Source: an archaeon (GTDB lineage: Archaea > Iainarchaeota > Iainarchaeia > Iainarchaeales > Iainarchaeaceae). From it: 64,000 nt of DNA. The stretch lies in NCBI GenBank assembly GCA_038046625.1, contig JBBSVV010000003.1, forward strand, positions 4,017 through 68,016, in the 5' to 3' direction. The notes under the pieces were generated by a model. It saw nothing but the letters and a program-made list of their open reading frames with translations, ran no database searches and was not told the origin of the DNA. Both the position numbers and the translations under genes were made by a program. Shown here piece by piece: positions 53,267-63,720 of this stretch (within the stretch, counting starts at the first letter, position 1; each line of letters opens with the position of its first letter).

Positions 53267-54526
53267 ATGAAAATCCAGATGGGTTCAGTGACTCCAAGCC
53301 CCGAGGTTTGCGTGCGCTGCAAGGGAAGGCTTTGGTGCGGGCCGAAATGCTTTATTTTGGAGAGATATGAAAAGAGGCAGTGGGCTGTTCATTCAGTTCA
53401 AAAGCGCGAGCTTCAGAGTGAATCTCCTCCCGGTGTTTTTGTGGGGTGGTATGGTTATCCCAAGATTACTTTGTCGCCGATGGCTCCTGCGCTTTCCCCT
53501 AAAGATTCTTGGATGACTGATGACACTGACAAATGGTTCGGGCTTTCAAGCGAAAAAATAATTGAGTTTAGGGAAAATTTGGTTCGCGGTTCAATGCCTG
53601 TTGAAGTGCATAAAGCAAGCGACCCTTCGTATCAAGTAAGCGAGATTCAGGAAACGCTTATGGCGAAGAAGTCTGTTGATATTGAAATGAAATTAAAATC
53701 AATTCCCACCGCGCGAGGCCTCTCGTTTTCCGATTTTCACGCTCCAATGGGGCCAAGTGCGGACCTTTCGGAATTCAGGATGACTGAGAACCCGAGCATT
53801 AATCCTAAAATAGATTACTTGGTGTCCGACACCGATGTGAAGGCGAAGGATGCAATGGTCGAGTTGTTTGACGCAGAAGTGGGCGTAAACCAGTTGCACA
53901 AAATCCTGAGTGCGGGGATGCTCGGAGTGAAGAAGAACAGGAAGTTTGTTCCGACGCGTTTCGCAATAACTGCAATCGATTCAAACTTATCTGAATATTT
54001 TATTGATGAAAAAATCAAATATTATCCGCATATTCAGGAATTCGAATTATATTCCTCTAATTATTTGGAAAACTATTTTTACATTTTGTTGGTTCCGAAA
54101 GAATGGAGTTACGAACTTATGGAGGTTTGGAAACCAGGTGCATCCTGGAATATTGAATCCAAAGAACCGACTTTTATGACTGATTACGAATTTTATGCTG
54201 GGAGAAAAGATTATGCTGAGAATACAGCCGGTGGTTACTACGCGGTCAGAATTGCTATTGCCGAGCAGTTGGAAAAAAGAAAGAAGCAAGCGACCGCATT
54301 AGTATTCAGAGAAATTGGTGATGCAGGGACGCCTGCGCTAGGCGTTTGGAAATGTCGTAATACAGTCAGAGCTGCCTTGGACAAGAAGCCGCTGACTTTT
54401 TCAACTGTCAATTTGGCCCTTGATTATATTGCCACAAAACTTACTGTTCCAATAAAATACTACAAAAAGAATAGTAAAATTCTGGATGTGCTTGCCCATC
54501 AAAGGACTTTGCTTGATTTTTCTTAA
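53267..54526 (+). CDS. NreA-like (COG1602) protein with an N-terminal Cys cluster; putative DNA-repair-associated
   Basis: CVRCKGRLWCGPKC N-terminal C-x2-C-x5-C-x3-C. ~420 aa. Assignment by size and pattern recall only. Confidence 0.35.
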   Translation: MKIQMGSVTPSPEVCVRCKGRLWCGPKCFILERYEKRQWAVHSVQKRELQSESPPGVFVGWYGYPKITLSPMAPALSPKDSWMTDDTDKWFGLSSEKIIEFRENLVRGSMPVEVHKASDPSYQVSEIQETLMAKKSVDIEMKLKSIPTARGLSFSDFHAPMGPSADLSEFRMTENPSINPKIDYLVSDTDVKAKDAMVELFDAEVGVNQLHKILSAGMLGVKKNRKFVPTRFAITAIDSNLSEYFIDEKIKYYPHIQEFELYSSNYLENYFYILLVPKEWSYELMEVWKPGASWNIESKEPTFMTDYEFYAGRKDYAENTAGGYYAVRIAIAEQLEKRKKQATALVFREIGDAGTPALGVWKCRNTVRAALDKKPLTFSTVNLALDYIATKLTVPIKYYKKNSKILDVLAHQRTLLDFS

Positions 54527-54579
54527 CTGTGAATTTTTCGGTCCGCAATCATTAAAAACTTCATAATAACTCTTACTTT

Positions 54580-55074
54580 ATGGCACTGCCACAAAAACCC
54601 AGAAAAGGATTTGGCGACCGCGGCCTCATTATCTCAGGCAAAAGGCGCAAGGAAATAATGGAGTTGCGAAAAGAGGCTTTTGTGGAAATGTATAACAAGC
54701 CTCCGGGCAGTGTCACAATCAGGCATTTAGGCAGGGAAGACATATTCATCGGAAGGACAAACTCCGGGACTGTTGTGCTTAATCATGGTCAAGTCGAAGA
54801 ATTCAAGGCGCATTTTGGCCAGCTCAAGAAGCGCCCAAGTCTGCCAGATAGGGTGAAAGCCAATGAAATAGCGCTCAAAGCCCCTATAGGAAAAATAATT
54901 TTTTTTAGCGGCGGGGTATTGGTCAGGGCCAAAAATGGCGGAGTATCCGCCTTCTCCGAAGCCCTTTCTAATGAATTGGCGCGGTTTATGGCTGCTTCAG
55001 GAGAGATAACGTTTTCGTATTCCGGCTGGGTGTTTGAAAAGCGTCTCGACGGAATTTACTTCCTGGAAGATTGA
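54580..55074 (+). CDS. Hypothetical protein (possible Brix/ribosome-biogenesis-like)
   Basis: 164 aa with a basic N-terminus. No confident motif. Confidence 0.3.
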   Translation: MALPQKPRKGFGDRGLIISGKRRKEIMELRKEAFVEMYNKPPGSVTIRHLGREDIFIGRTNSGTVVLNHGQVEEFKAHFGQLKKRPSLPDRVKANEIALKAPIGKIIFFSGGVLVRAKNGGVSAFSEALSNELARFMAASGEITFSYSGWVFEKRLDGIYFLED

Positions 55075-55090
55075 GTTCTTGATTCGTTCT

Positions 55091-56134
55091 TTACTTCTTG
55101 TATTTGGTGAACTGCGCGAGCAGCGCCTCAAGTTGCACGCGCTCGTTTGCGCCCTCGACCATTCTGAAGTTGTATTCTCCGATTGTGTCAATCAGCTCTA
55201 TTTTTGTTTTTCCGGGGACTTCCTTCTCGTCCATCGCAATCAGTTCGCGGTGCAGCTGTGTAATCACGTCCTCGCCGCTCATGCCGTATTCGTAAAGCAG
55301 TTTATCGAGCAATGCCCGCGCTTCGAGGAATTTTCCGCTCAAGGCAACTTTGATGAGTTCCTTGACTTCATCCGGCCTCGCTTTTGCGCTGACCTCGTAG
55401 ATTGTTTTGTCCGTGATTTTGTGGGCTGTTGTTGCCGAGGCCTGGAGCACGTTGATTGCTTTTCTCAAATCCCCTTGGCTCACGTAAATTATTGCCTCAA
55501 TCGCTTCATTGCTCAAATCTATTTTTTCGTTTTCGGCAACCCCTTTCACGCGCTCGCCGATGTCCTTTGAGGAGAGCTGGTTGAACCTGAAAATGACGCA
55601 CCTCGATTGTATCGGTTCAATGAGCTTGCTCGAAAAGTTGCAACTGAGTATGAACCTGCACGTGCGTGAGTACATTTCCATTGTCCTTCTCAGTGCTTGC
55701 TGTGCGTCAAAGGTTAGCGCGTCGCTTTCGTCCAGAAAGATTATTTTGAACCCGAAGTTGAATGCGAGTGTTCGCGCAAAGTTTTTGATGGTGTCCCTGA
55801 CCACGTCAATGCCCCTTTCATCGCTGGCGTTCAGTTCCAAAAAATTCTGGGAAAAATTTTCCTTGAAGAATTCCTTGGCCATGGAAACAGCCGCGGAGGT
55901 TTTGCCTACTCCCGCGGGTCCTGAAAACATGAGGTTCGGCATCGTGTTGTTCTGCACGTAGGTTTGCAGCCTTTGCGTGATGTTTTTCTGCCCCACCACC
56001 TCGCTCAGTTTTTTTGGCCTGTATTTTTCAATCCAGGGGAGCTCTATGCCTACGTCCATTATTGGATGTGAAATCATAATAGTTTTAAACCGATTCGCAC
56101 CCCTTTTAGTAGGTTTTTCATGGATTCGAAGCAC
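55091..56134 (-). CDS. rfcS: Replication factor C small subunit
   Basis: PWIEKYRP, Walker A GPAGVGKTS, DEAD-like LDESDAL, SRC motif (QSRCVIFRF). The true start is probably the internal M at ~56059. Confidence 0.85.
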   Translation of the reverse strand: MLRIHEKPTKRGANRFKTIMISHPIMDVGIELPWIEKYRPKKLSEVVGQKNITQRLQTYVQNNTMPNLMFSGPAGVGKTSAAVSMAKEFFKENFSQNFLELNASDERGIDVVRDTIKNFARTLAFNFGFKIIFLDESDALTFDAQQALRRTMEMYSRTCRFILSCNFSSKLIEPIQSRCVIFRFNQLSSKDIGERVKGVAENEKIDLSNEAIEAIIYVSQGDLRKAINVLQASATTAHKITDKTIYEVSAKARPDEVKELIKVALSGKFLEARALLDKLLYEYGMSGEDVITQLHRELIAMDEKEVPGKTKIELIDTIGEYNFRMVEGANERVQLEALLAQFTKYKK

Positions 56135-56641
56135 CTAAAGGTTTTGTTTGTTTTCGCGCTTGTGTATGCCGCGCTTTATGCGCTTGGAATGATAATCGGG
56201 CCCCTGCAGGACTGGAATTTTTCCCTTGATTTTTCGAGGCTTGATTACACGCTTTACTTCCTGCCGATTGCTGGGTTCTTTTTTGTGTATTTGCTGGTCC
56301 CATGGATGCGCGAGGAGCTCGGCTTTGGAAACACCTTCCTGTACATTTTTCCGGCGCTTTTAGCGGTCTTTTCCTACATTGCTTTTGTGGTTGCGGTTTA
56401 CTATTATTTCGGGAACCAGGCCTCGCTTTCCGGGGTCGACATTTCGGTTTTCCGCCTGGATTATTTTTCGCTTTTCCTCCAGTCCTCTTACATTTACTTT
56501 GTGCTTGCCGGAATAGGCGGCTGGGCCGCGCGCATGCTGATTGAGAATTTCGATGAAATGCCCAAGGAAAAAGGTTCGGGGAAAAAATCCCGCGGCGAAG
56601 GCGGGCACGAAATCAGCTCGAAACTTATTACAGGTGATTAA
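56120..56641 (+). CDS. Polytopic membrane protein (hypothetical)
   Basis: Four or more predicted TM helices; no recognisable domain. Confidence 0.4.
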   Translation: MDSKHLKVLFVFALVYAALYALGMIIGPLQDWNFSLDFSRLDYTLYFLPIAGFFFVYLLVPWMREELGFGNTFLYIFPALLAVFSYIAFVVAVYYYFGNQASLSGVDISVFRLDYFSLFLQSSYIYFVLAGIGGWAARMLIENFDEMPKEKGSGKKSRGEGGHEISSKLITGD

Positions 56642-56644
56642 CCC

Positions 56645-57934
56645 ATGAGAATTCACGTGGAGGGCTATGGCTGTTCCATGAATCTCGCGGAAACCGAGAT
56701 GATTCGCGGCCACGCGAAGGAAAACGGCGCCTCTATTGGCTCTGTTTCGGATTCTGATTTTCTTGTTGTGAACACTTGCGCTGTGAAGGAGCAGACCGAA
56801 TTCAAGATGTTGGGCAGGATACGCAAACTCAATCAGGCCGCGGAAAAAAATGGTTCGCAGCTCATTGTTTTCGGGTGCCTGCCGAAAGTCAGCCCGCATC
56901 TGATAGAGGGGATCTCGCCCAACATAATCCAAATGGGCCCGGACCTTGAAAAGCTTTCCCAGGTTCTCGGAATAAAGGAGGCGCCTTTCTCGCCTTCAAT
57001 CAATGCTTTGCGTGACAATCCTAACGTAACCATAATGCCGATAAACAGGGGCTGCACAAATTTCTGCACTTTCTGCGGCACCAAGTTCGCGAGGGGCAAC
57101 GTGAATAGCTTTCCCATTGAGCATTTGAAGCGGCGTTTTGTTTCTTCGCTTCCTGATTCAAGGGAATTCTGGCTCACGAGCCAGGACACGGGCGCCTATG
57201 GCCTTGACATTGGAACCTCGCTCCCTGAATTGCTGCGCGGGCTTCTCTTGGTTCAGGGCGAGTACAGGATAAGGATAGGGATGATGAATCCGCATCACCT
57301 GAGGCGCATTTATGATTCGCTTGTGCCGCTTTTTTCCGATGGCCGCGTTTACAGGTTCCTGCACGTTCCGTTGCAGGCGGGCTCCAACAGGATACTTGCC
57401 TTGATGCGGCGCGGCTACACTGTTGAACAGTACTATGAACTAATTGGGGATCTTCGCAGGGATGTTCCGGACATTACCATTGCTACGGATGTGATTGCGG
57501 GCTTTCCAACGGAAACGGAGGCGGAATTTTCTGAAACCCTGAAGGCAATAAAGGAAACCTCGCCGGATATCGTGAACATTTCCAGGTTCGGCGCGAGGCC
57601 CGGAACAATTGCTGCTTCGATGGATGGGCAGCTGCACGGCCGCATAAAGAAGGAGCGGAGCAGGAGGCTTGCCTCGCTGTGCAGGGCAATTTCTTTCAGG
57701 CAGAACGGGCGCATGCTCGGCAAAACTGAAAGGGTTTTTGTGAGCGAGGAAGGGGTAAAGGGCAGGTTTATGGGCAGGTCCTCAAACTACAAGCCCGTAA
57801 TCATAAGCGAGGATTTAAGGGGCAAATTTGCTGATGTGGAGATAACCTCGGTTTTTCCCACTTACCTCGAGGCGAAGGTAATTTCAGCCGAAAGGGAAAA
57901 GCCTGTTCTCAGGGGCTTGTTGGCTGCCAAATGA
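56645..57934 (+). CDS. Radical-SAM methylthiotransferase (MiaB/MtaB/CDKAL1-like)
   Basis: UPF0004 N-terminal Cys triad (GYGCSMN...NTCAV...GCLP). Radical-SAM CTNFCTFC. C-terminal TRAM-like domain. Confidence 0.75.
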   Translation: MRIHVEGYGCSMNLAETEMIRGHAKENGASIGSVSDSDFLVVNTCAVKEQTEFKMLGRIRKLNQAAEKNGSQLIVFGCLPKVSPHLIEGISPNIIQMGPDLEKLSQVLGIKEAPFSPSINALRDNPNVTIMPINRGCTNFCTFCGTKFARGNVNSFPIEHLKRRFVSSLPDSREFWLTSQDTGAYGLDIGTSLPELLRGLLLVQGEYRIRIGMMNPHHLRRIYDSLVPLFSDGRVYRFLHVPLQAGSNRILALMRRGYTVEQYYELIGDLRRDVPDITIATDVIAGFPTETEAEFSETLKAIKETSPDIVNISRFGARPGTIAASMDGQLHGRIKKERSRRLASLCRAISFRQNGRMLGKTERVFVSEEGVKGRFMGRSSNYKPVIISEDLRGKFADVEITSVFPTYLEAKVISAEREKPVLRGLLAAK

Positions 57935-58177
57935 GCAAATATGCTATAATTTTAGCCTTAAGGATTTATGAGGCATCAATGATGCCTCGGCAACCGCTCC
58001 TTCAACGAATTGAACAATGGGAGAAAAGGCCGCAAATATTCATTTGTTCAATTCGTTGCCGGCGAGCACCCTTCCAGAACGGAGTTCTGGGGGCCTCGCA
58101 AAGCAATTGCTTTGCAAGGTGGCCGGGGTGAATGTTTTTAATATCTTCCAAATACACGTATTTCAGGGTTTATTGGC

Positions 58178-58927
58178 ATGGATTTGCGCGGAGCATTGAA
58201 CAGGTATCTGAAGAATTTTTCCACTGCATTTTCTTTCGTTTTGCTTTTGGTGTTCGTTCTTCCATTCATTCTTGGCAAGGAGGGCGAGTTTCTTGCGAGT
58301 TCCTTTGTTTCCTCGGCAACCGTTTTCATTGACTATGGGTTCATCAACGAGCCGCTTCTTAACTCGGCCCTTCTTCTCGCGCTGGCGTTTGTTTTCCTTT
58401 TCTGCTACTCCGTGCTTGTCTGCCTAATGGTTCTTGCGGTGAGAGGCGATTTGAGCAACGTGAAGATGAATAATTACCTCGCGGAAAAAATCGGGAAGTT
58501 CGCTTTCAGGTACTTCAGGTTCCTCGCGCTCTTCACGATTATTGCGTCCATTGCGGGGGCAATTCTCATTGCTTACGGTCTGCCTATCTGGGTGCTGAAT
58601 TTGCTGCTGATGTTTTTGTCGGCTTCGTTCCTTTTCTTGCCCCAGACAATCGTGGTTGATGAGGAAAGCCTGGGCAGCTCCATTTTCAGGAACTGGGACT
58701 TCATTTCGAAGAACATGTTTTCTTTTGTGCAGGTCCTGGCCCTCGGAGTCGTGAGCCTGTTCCTGCTCCAGCTCATAGAATTTGCCCTTGATTACTTCTT
58801 TTTTGTCGGGAGCTTCGTTTCCCTGCTCATCGGGGTTGTTTTCCTCGTGCCTTTCATCGAGGTGGTGAAGACACAGATTTACATGCACCGGTTCGGCCTG
58901 ATCAAGAGCTATCATCCTTCAGGCTGA
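58178..58927 (+). CDS. Polytopic membrane protein (hypothetical)
   Basis: Six or more TM helices; no recognisable domain. Confidence 0.4.
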   Translation: MDLRGALNRYLKNFSTAFSFVLLLVFVLPFILGKEGEFLASSFVSSATVFIDYGFINEPLLNSALLLALAFVFLFCYSVLVCLMVLAVRGDLSNVKMNNYLAEKIGKFAFRYFRFLALFTIIASIAGAILIAYGLPIWVLNLLLMFLSASFLFLPQTIVVDEESLGSSIFRNWDFISKNMFSFVQVLALGVVSLFLLQLIEFALDYFFFVGSFVSLLIGVVFLVPFIEVVKTQIYMHRFGLIKSYHPSG

Positions 58928-60596
58928 GCTTTACGGCCGGGCAGTCGTTCAGCAATTCAAGCGCCTCCTTCATTGTTTCGGCCACGTAAACAAACCCGTA
59001 TTTTCTCTTTTGCCTTGTGCCCCTCATGCTGAACAGCATTTCCTGCACCAGTTTTCTGTCCTCGTGCAGGCCGAACCTGCGTTCGGCTTCAGGTTCCGGC
59101 ATTTCCATTGCGGCCAGGTTGTGCCTGTGAATCAGCGCAATTATGTCGTCCGCGAGCTTCGGCGCGTCCGCAACGCCCATTGTTTCGGCGCAGCGCTTTA
59201 TTCCGGCAAGGCTTACAGCGCCAAGGCTTTTCAGGAGCATCCATTCCTCGAAGTAAGGCCTTGCCTTCAGCCCCTCCTTTTTCTTTTCGCATAATCCTGA
59301 AATTTTTTCCGCAATAATCTCCAGCCTTTCAATGAAGCGCTCCTCGTTTCCTGATTCCAAAGCTATTTTTTCCAGGTTTATTGCGGTGAGCTGAAGTACG
59401 CCGTCCGCGTTCCCGGTCAATACTCCAAACTGGTACGCGGTGGTTTTTTCGCTTGAGTTGTTCAGCACCAGTGCGTTGTTGAGGCCGCTTTTTTCGAGCA
59501 GCTTGAGCTGGTACTTGGAGTCGATTGATACGCTAAGTTCGAACTCTTCCGGGTTCGAGGAAAGCAGCATTGCCGCAATGGCAGTCGCGTTCTCCTTTCT
59601 CTTTGAAAGGCCTTCCCATTCGTAGCCGCTGAAGAGCGCAAGTTCGGCGCAGCGCTTCCCCGTAATAGAGAATATTTTTTCTGTCTCCAAGATTTCTTCG
59701 CGGAGTTTCCTCGGGTTCACGGGCTTTTCCGGCGCGATGGAAAAATTGAATGCCTTCAGCGTAACCGGGTTCGTGCAGAACCTGTCGAGTTTTGCGGCCT
59801 CGACAGGCGTCGCATAAGTTTTTTCCCCTGCAAAGAATTTCGAGTGCGCAAAAGTTTTCGTGGAAAAATCTTCGGCACCGTAAATGTGTATCGTGCCGTT
59901 GAAATGCAGTTCCCTCGCGTCCTTTGTTATGGCTGAGAGCCAGTTGTACTCCCTGAGTATTTCCCTGTCCTCGAACAATCCTGCGTTCAGCCTCTTTTTC
60001 ACCTCGAATACCGGGAGGCCGAGGCGCACGTACTGGCCGTGTATCGGCTCGTGGCCGTATTCAAGCAGCTTCACGTTCACCATTTCGCGTATTATATGGG
60101 TGTTCAGATACCCTATTTTCAGGTCCTTTATCTTGTCCTCCACTTCGCTCCCGATTTTTTCTGCAACGTGCCTGCTGATGCCTGTTTCCTTGAGCAGCGA
60201 CTTGATTATGTTGCCGCGGTCGAAAGACTCGAGCTTTTCGCGTGAAGTGAATACCTTGAGTTCCTCGAATGAAATGAATGTTTTTGCCGCCTCGGGATTG
60301 AGCTTTTCGAGCGTTTCCGCGGCCTTTCTCCTGAGCTGCTTTTCCCCGCCTTCAAAAGATTCGAGCTCCTTGATTACCTTCACCACTTCCCACTTAGTGG
60401 CGCCGCTCTCCTGGCATTCGAACGCTATCCTCTGTATTACTTCGCTGATGGGTTTTTTCTCTTCCACAGATGCTTTTAGTTCAAAAAAGTTCTTTAAATT
60501 GCCGCATCCTCTTGTATTTTTTACTATCGAGCCCTCAAAAGGCGAAGATAGTTGCCCCAACGGGTCGGCAGCAAGAAATGTTGGGCGTATATTCAT
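58902..60596 (-). CDS. ATP-cone-containing, ribonucleotide-reductase-like protein (function uncertain); the annotated N-terminus runs into repeat element F
   Basis: ATP-cone-like segment (...HVAEKIGSEVEDKIKDLKIGYLNTHIIREMVNVKLLEYG). No clear glycyl-radical or CxxC tail was seen. Confidence 0.35.
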   Translation of the reverse strand: MNIRPTFLAADPLGQLSSPFEGSIVKNTRGCGNLKNFFELKASVEEKKPISEVIQRIAFECQESGATKWEVVKVIKELESFEGGEKQLRRKAAETLEKLNPEAAKTFISFEELKVFTSREKLESFDRGNIIKSLLKETGISRHVAEKIGSEVEDKIKDLKIGYLNTHIIREMVNVKLLEYGHEPIHGQYVRLGLPVFEVKKRLNAGLFEDREILREYNWLSAITKDARELHFNGTIHIYGAEDFSTKTFAHSKFFAGEKTYATPVEAAKLDRFCTNPVTLKAFNFSIAPEKPVNPRKLREEILETEKIFSITGKRCAELALFSGYEWEGLSKRKENATAIAAMLLSSNPEEFELSVSIDSKYQLKLLEKSGLNNALVLNNSSEKTTAYQFGVLTGNADGVLQLTAINLEKIALESGNEERFIERLEIIAEKISGLCEKKKEGLKARPYFEEWMLLKSLGAVSLAGIKRCAETMGVADAPKLADDIIALIHRHNLAAMEMPEPEAERRFGLHEDRKLVQEMLFSMRGTRQKRKYGFVYVAETMKEALELLNDCPAVKLSLKDDSS

Positions 60597-60646
60597 TTGT
60601 CGACCCGTTGTCCGCCGTGGGCCTGCGGCGCGAAACTGTTGTTCGG
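60523..60646 (-). repeat. Structured repeat element, copy F (minus-strand orientation)
   Basis: The reverse complement reads GAACAACAGTTTCGCGCCGCAGG...GGGGCAACTATCTTCGCCTTTTGAGGGCTCGATAGTAAAA. Confidence 0.6.
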
Positions 60647-60713
60647 AAACTTAACTTTTTAATGCCTTGGGTGTTTGAATAGTAAATAGGCTGTTTTTGC
60701 GGGGGTTTTATTC

Positions 60714-61187
60714 GTGGAGGTGCTTGACAAGATTGACCACAAGATTATCCAGTTGCTTCTCGAGGATGGGCGCGCGTCGTTCAGCACAATTGCAAAGGAC
60801 GTGAAGCTCACGGATGTCGCGATAAAGAAGCGTTTCGAGCGCCTCAAGAGGCGCGGCGTGATTACCGCGATTTCCGCGGATTTGAACCTCAGGGCCCTTG
60901 GCTATGAAAACCCGATTTTTGTCCAGATAAGGAGCGAGCTCTCGAAGAACAAGGATGTCGTGAAAAAGCTCAAAGAGCTGGATTACATACTCGAGCTGCA
61001 TCAGGTTCTCGGCGAATACAACCTTGTCGCGAAAATTGTTGTTCCCGACCTTGATTCCGCGGAAAAGTTTGTGGAGCGCCTCGGAACCATTGACGGCGTT
61101 CTCGACATCAAAACCCTTGTCGTGATTTCCGAAGTGAAAAAGTCAAAGTCGCTTCCTTCATTTTCATTCCAGAAGAAGCTCGCGTGA
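60714..61187 (+). CDS. Lrp/AsnC-family transcriptional regulator
   Basis: N-terminal HTH (KIIQLLLEDGRASFSTIAKDVKLTDVAIKKRFERL) plus a C-terminal RAM domain. Confidence 0.75.
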   Translation: MEVLDKIDHKIIQLLLEDGRASFSTIAKDVKLTDVAIKKRFERLKRRGVITAISADLNLRALGYENPIFVQIRSELSKNKDVVKKLKELDYILELHQVLGEYNLVAKIVVPDLDSAEKFVERLGTIDGVLDIKTLVVISEVKKSKSLPSFSFQKKLA

Positions 61188-61265
61188 GATTTTGAATTCA
61201 GTTTTTTTGTGGTTCTTTTAAAAATTTGTTGATGCCACAAATCTTCTTTATTTGGGTCGGGGTGA

Positions 61266-63356
61266 TTGGCTTTGCTGAAAATGATTATTGCGGAAAAGGC
61301 AATTGCCGGGCAGACAATTGCCTCGATTCTCGCGGGCAAAAGCGTTGCCGCCTCGAGCGTTGGCTCGGCGCAGGCATTCCGGTTCAAGGCAAACGGAAAT
61401 GACTGCATTGTTTTTCCCCTGCGCGGCCACATAAGCGATGTCGAGTTCCCAAAGAAGTACAGTTACTGGGTCGGCACGGATTTGAAGAAGCTGCTTCACG
61501 CCGAAATAGAGTACGCGGGAAAGGAAACCGCAATCATTGCCGGCCTGAAGGGCATTGCAAAGGAATGTGATGAGGTAATTATTGCGACCGATGCCGACCG
61601 CGAGGGCGAAAGCATAGGCGTCGAGGCCCTGAATTACCTGAAAGAGGCTAACCCCAAAATAAAATTCAAGCGCGCCTATTTCTCCGCAATCACAAAGAAG
61701 GACATTGACAAGGCATTTTCAAGCCTCTCTGAGGTTGACTATAATTTCGCTGATTCCGCGGACTCGCGGCGCGAAATAGATTTGATTTGGGGCGCCGTGC
61801 TCACGAGATTCATTTCCCTTGTTTCGGGGAAGCTTGGCAAGGATTATTTGAGTGTTGGCCGCGTCCAGACGCCCACGCTTGCAATCATAGTAAATAGGGA
61901 GAAGGAGCGCCTTGCATTCAAGGTGAAGCCGTACTGGGAGGTGCTCGCGCACTTCAAAAAGGATTCCATTGCCTTTGTTGCCGGGCACAAGAACGGGAAG
62001 TTCTGGGCAAAGGATGGGGCGGAAAAAATTGCGAAGCTCAAGGTCCGGTTCGGAATTGTAAAATCCATCAAGAGTTCCAGGCGCACTTTAAGCAGGCCCA
62101 CTCCTTTCAATACAACTGATTTTCTGAGGCAGGCGACCACACTCGGTTTTTCCGCGAGCCAGGCAATGGAGATTGCCGAAGGCCTGTACCAGCAGGGCTT
62201 CACTTCCTATCCGAGAACGGATAACACGGTTTATTCCGCAACCCTTGACTTAAAGGAAATTCTTTCGGAAATGGCGAAGGTTCCCGAATTTTCGAAGGAT
62301 GCAAACGCATTTCTCGCCAAGGGCGTGCTGAATCCTTCGCGCGGAAAAAAGGAAACCACGGACCACCCTCCGATACACCCGGTTACCGCGGCACCGAAAT
62401 CGAAGCTTAGCGAGAGGCAGTGGAAAATTTATGAATTGATTGTGAGGCGCTTCTTTGCAACTCTTAGTGAAGATGCGGTCACTGAAAACATGGCCGTTGA
62501 CATTGATGTTGAGAAAGAGCCGTTTGTTGCGCACGGCCAGAAGATTGTGAAAGCCGGCTGGAAGGACGTTTATCCGTACTCGGGCATTTCAGAAGTTTTT
62601 TTGCCTCCGCTTTCCGAGGGTGAAAAGGTCGGGCTTGAAAAGCTTGATTTGCTTTCAAAGGAAACCCAGCCGCCTTCACGCTACAGCGAATCAACACTCA
62701 TAAAGCTGATGGAGGACCTTGGCATTGGCACGAAGAGCACGAGGCACACGATAATACAGAAGCTCTTCGCGAGGCATTACATAATGGGGAGCAAGGCAAT
62801 TGAGCCGAACAAAATAGCGTTTGCGGTTGTGGATGCGCTTGAAAAGAACGAGGTGGCTGCGGTAAAGCCTGAGATGACCGCCGAACTGGAAAAGGAAATG
62901 GACCAGATTGCGGCGGGCAAGAAAACAAAGGCCGAGGTGGTAGAGGGATCGCGGGAACTTTTGGGAAAAATACTTGAAAGGATGCTTGAGAACAAGGATA
63001 AAATCGGTTCGCATTTGAGGGAAGCGTTGCGTGAGGACTCGATTGTCGGCAAGTGTGACAAATGCGGCGGCCAATTGAGGATGCTAATGAGCAGGAACAA
63101 GAAGCGCTTCCTCGGCTGCACTAATTATCCGAAGTGCACGAACACTTATCCGTTGCCGCAGAAGGGGAAAATTGTTCCCACAAGCAACTTGTGCGGGAAA
63201 TGCGGAACCCCGGTCATAAAGGTTTTTGGGCAAAGGTACCGGTTTGAAATGTGCGTGAACCCGAACTGTGAAACCAAGGCACAGTGGAAGGCGCAGAAGG
63301 AAAAGGCTGCGGCAGCAAAAGAAAATAAAATCGAGGGTGCGCAAACTGTTTCGTGA
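61266..63356 (+). CDS. topA: Type IA DNA topoisomerase (Topo I/III-like) with C-terminal zinc ribbons
   Basis: Toprim (IIATDADREGESIG), the Topo IA core and C-terminal C4 zinc ribbons (CDKCGG...CTNYPKC; CGKCGT...CVNPNC). Confidence 0.8.
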   Translation: MALLKMIIAEKAIAGQTIASILAGKSVAASSVGSAQAFRFKANGNDCIVFPLRGHISDVEFPKKYSYWVGTDLKKLLHAEIEYAGKETAIIAGLKGIAKECDEVIIATDADREGESIGVEALNYLKEANPKIKFKRAYFSAITKKDIDKAFSSLSEVDYNFADSADSRREIDLIWGAVLTRFISLVSGKLGKDYLSVGRVQTPTLAIIVNREKERLAFKVKPYWEVLAHFKKDSIAFVAGHKNGKFWAKDGAEKIAKLKVRFGIVKSIKSSRRTLSRPTPFNTTDFLRQATTLGFSASQAMEIAEGLYQQGFTSYPRTDNTVYSATLDLKEILSEMAKVPEFSKDANAFLAKGVLNPSRGKKETTDHPPIHPVTAAPKSKLSERQWKIYELIVRRFFATLSEDAVTENMAVDIDVEKEPFVAHGQKIVKAGWKDVYPYSGISEVFLPPLSEGEKVGLEKLDLLSKETQPPSRYSESTLIKLMEDLGIGTKSTRHTIIQKLFARHYIMGSKAIEPNKIAFAVVDALEKNEVAAVKPEMTAELEKEMDQIAAGKKTKAEVVEGSRELLGKILERMLENKDKIGSHLREALREDSIVGKCDKCGGQLRMLMSRNKKRFLGCTNYPKCTNTYPLPQKGKIVPTSNLCGKCGTPVIKVFGQRYRFEMCVNPNCETKAQWKAQKEKAAAAKENKIEGAQTVS

Positions 63357-63720
63357 ACAACCAAAAATAATCTGCTGCCTTCATGCGTGGGCAATTCACA
63401 TAAAAATTTTTATTGCAGCAAACCAATAAAGTAATTCGGCGGATTTTCAGCGTGTACCTTATTTCTGAAAAATCGGTTTCTGCAAAATCTTTTTTAGGAT
63501 TGGAGTTGGGAACGGGGTTCTTTTTTTCTTCAATTAGCTTGGTGAGCCTAACCCCGCTCCAAACTTGTTTGGTTGGATTCACTTTTTAGGATTGGATCCC
63601 CCCGGATTTTCTGTCCAAACTAATAAGGTGCCGTCCAGCTTTTTATAAATTCGTTGAATTTGGCTGTGAGTTTTGTATACTGATTATTAAATTGAATGTA
63701 CTTTTGGTATATTGTTGTTC

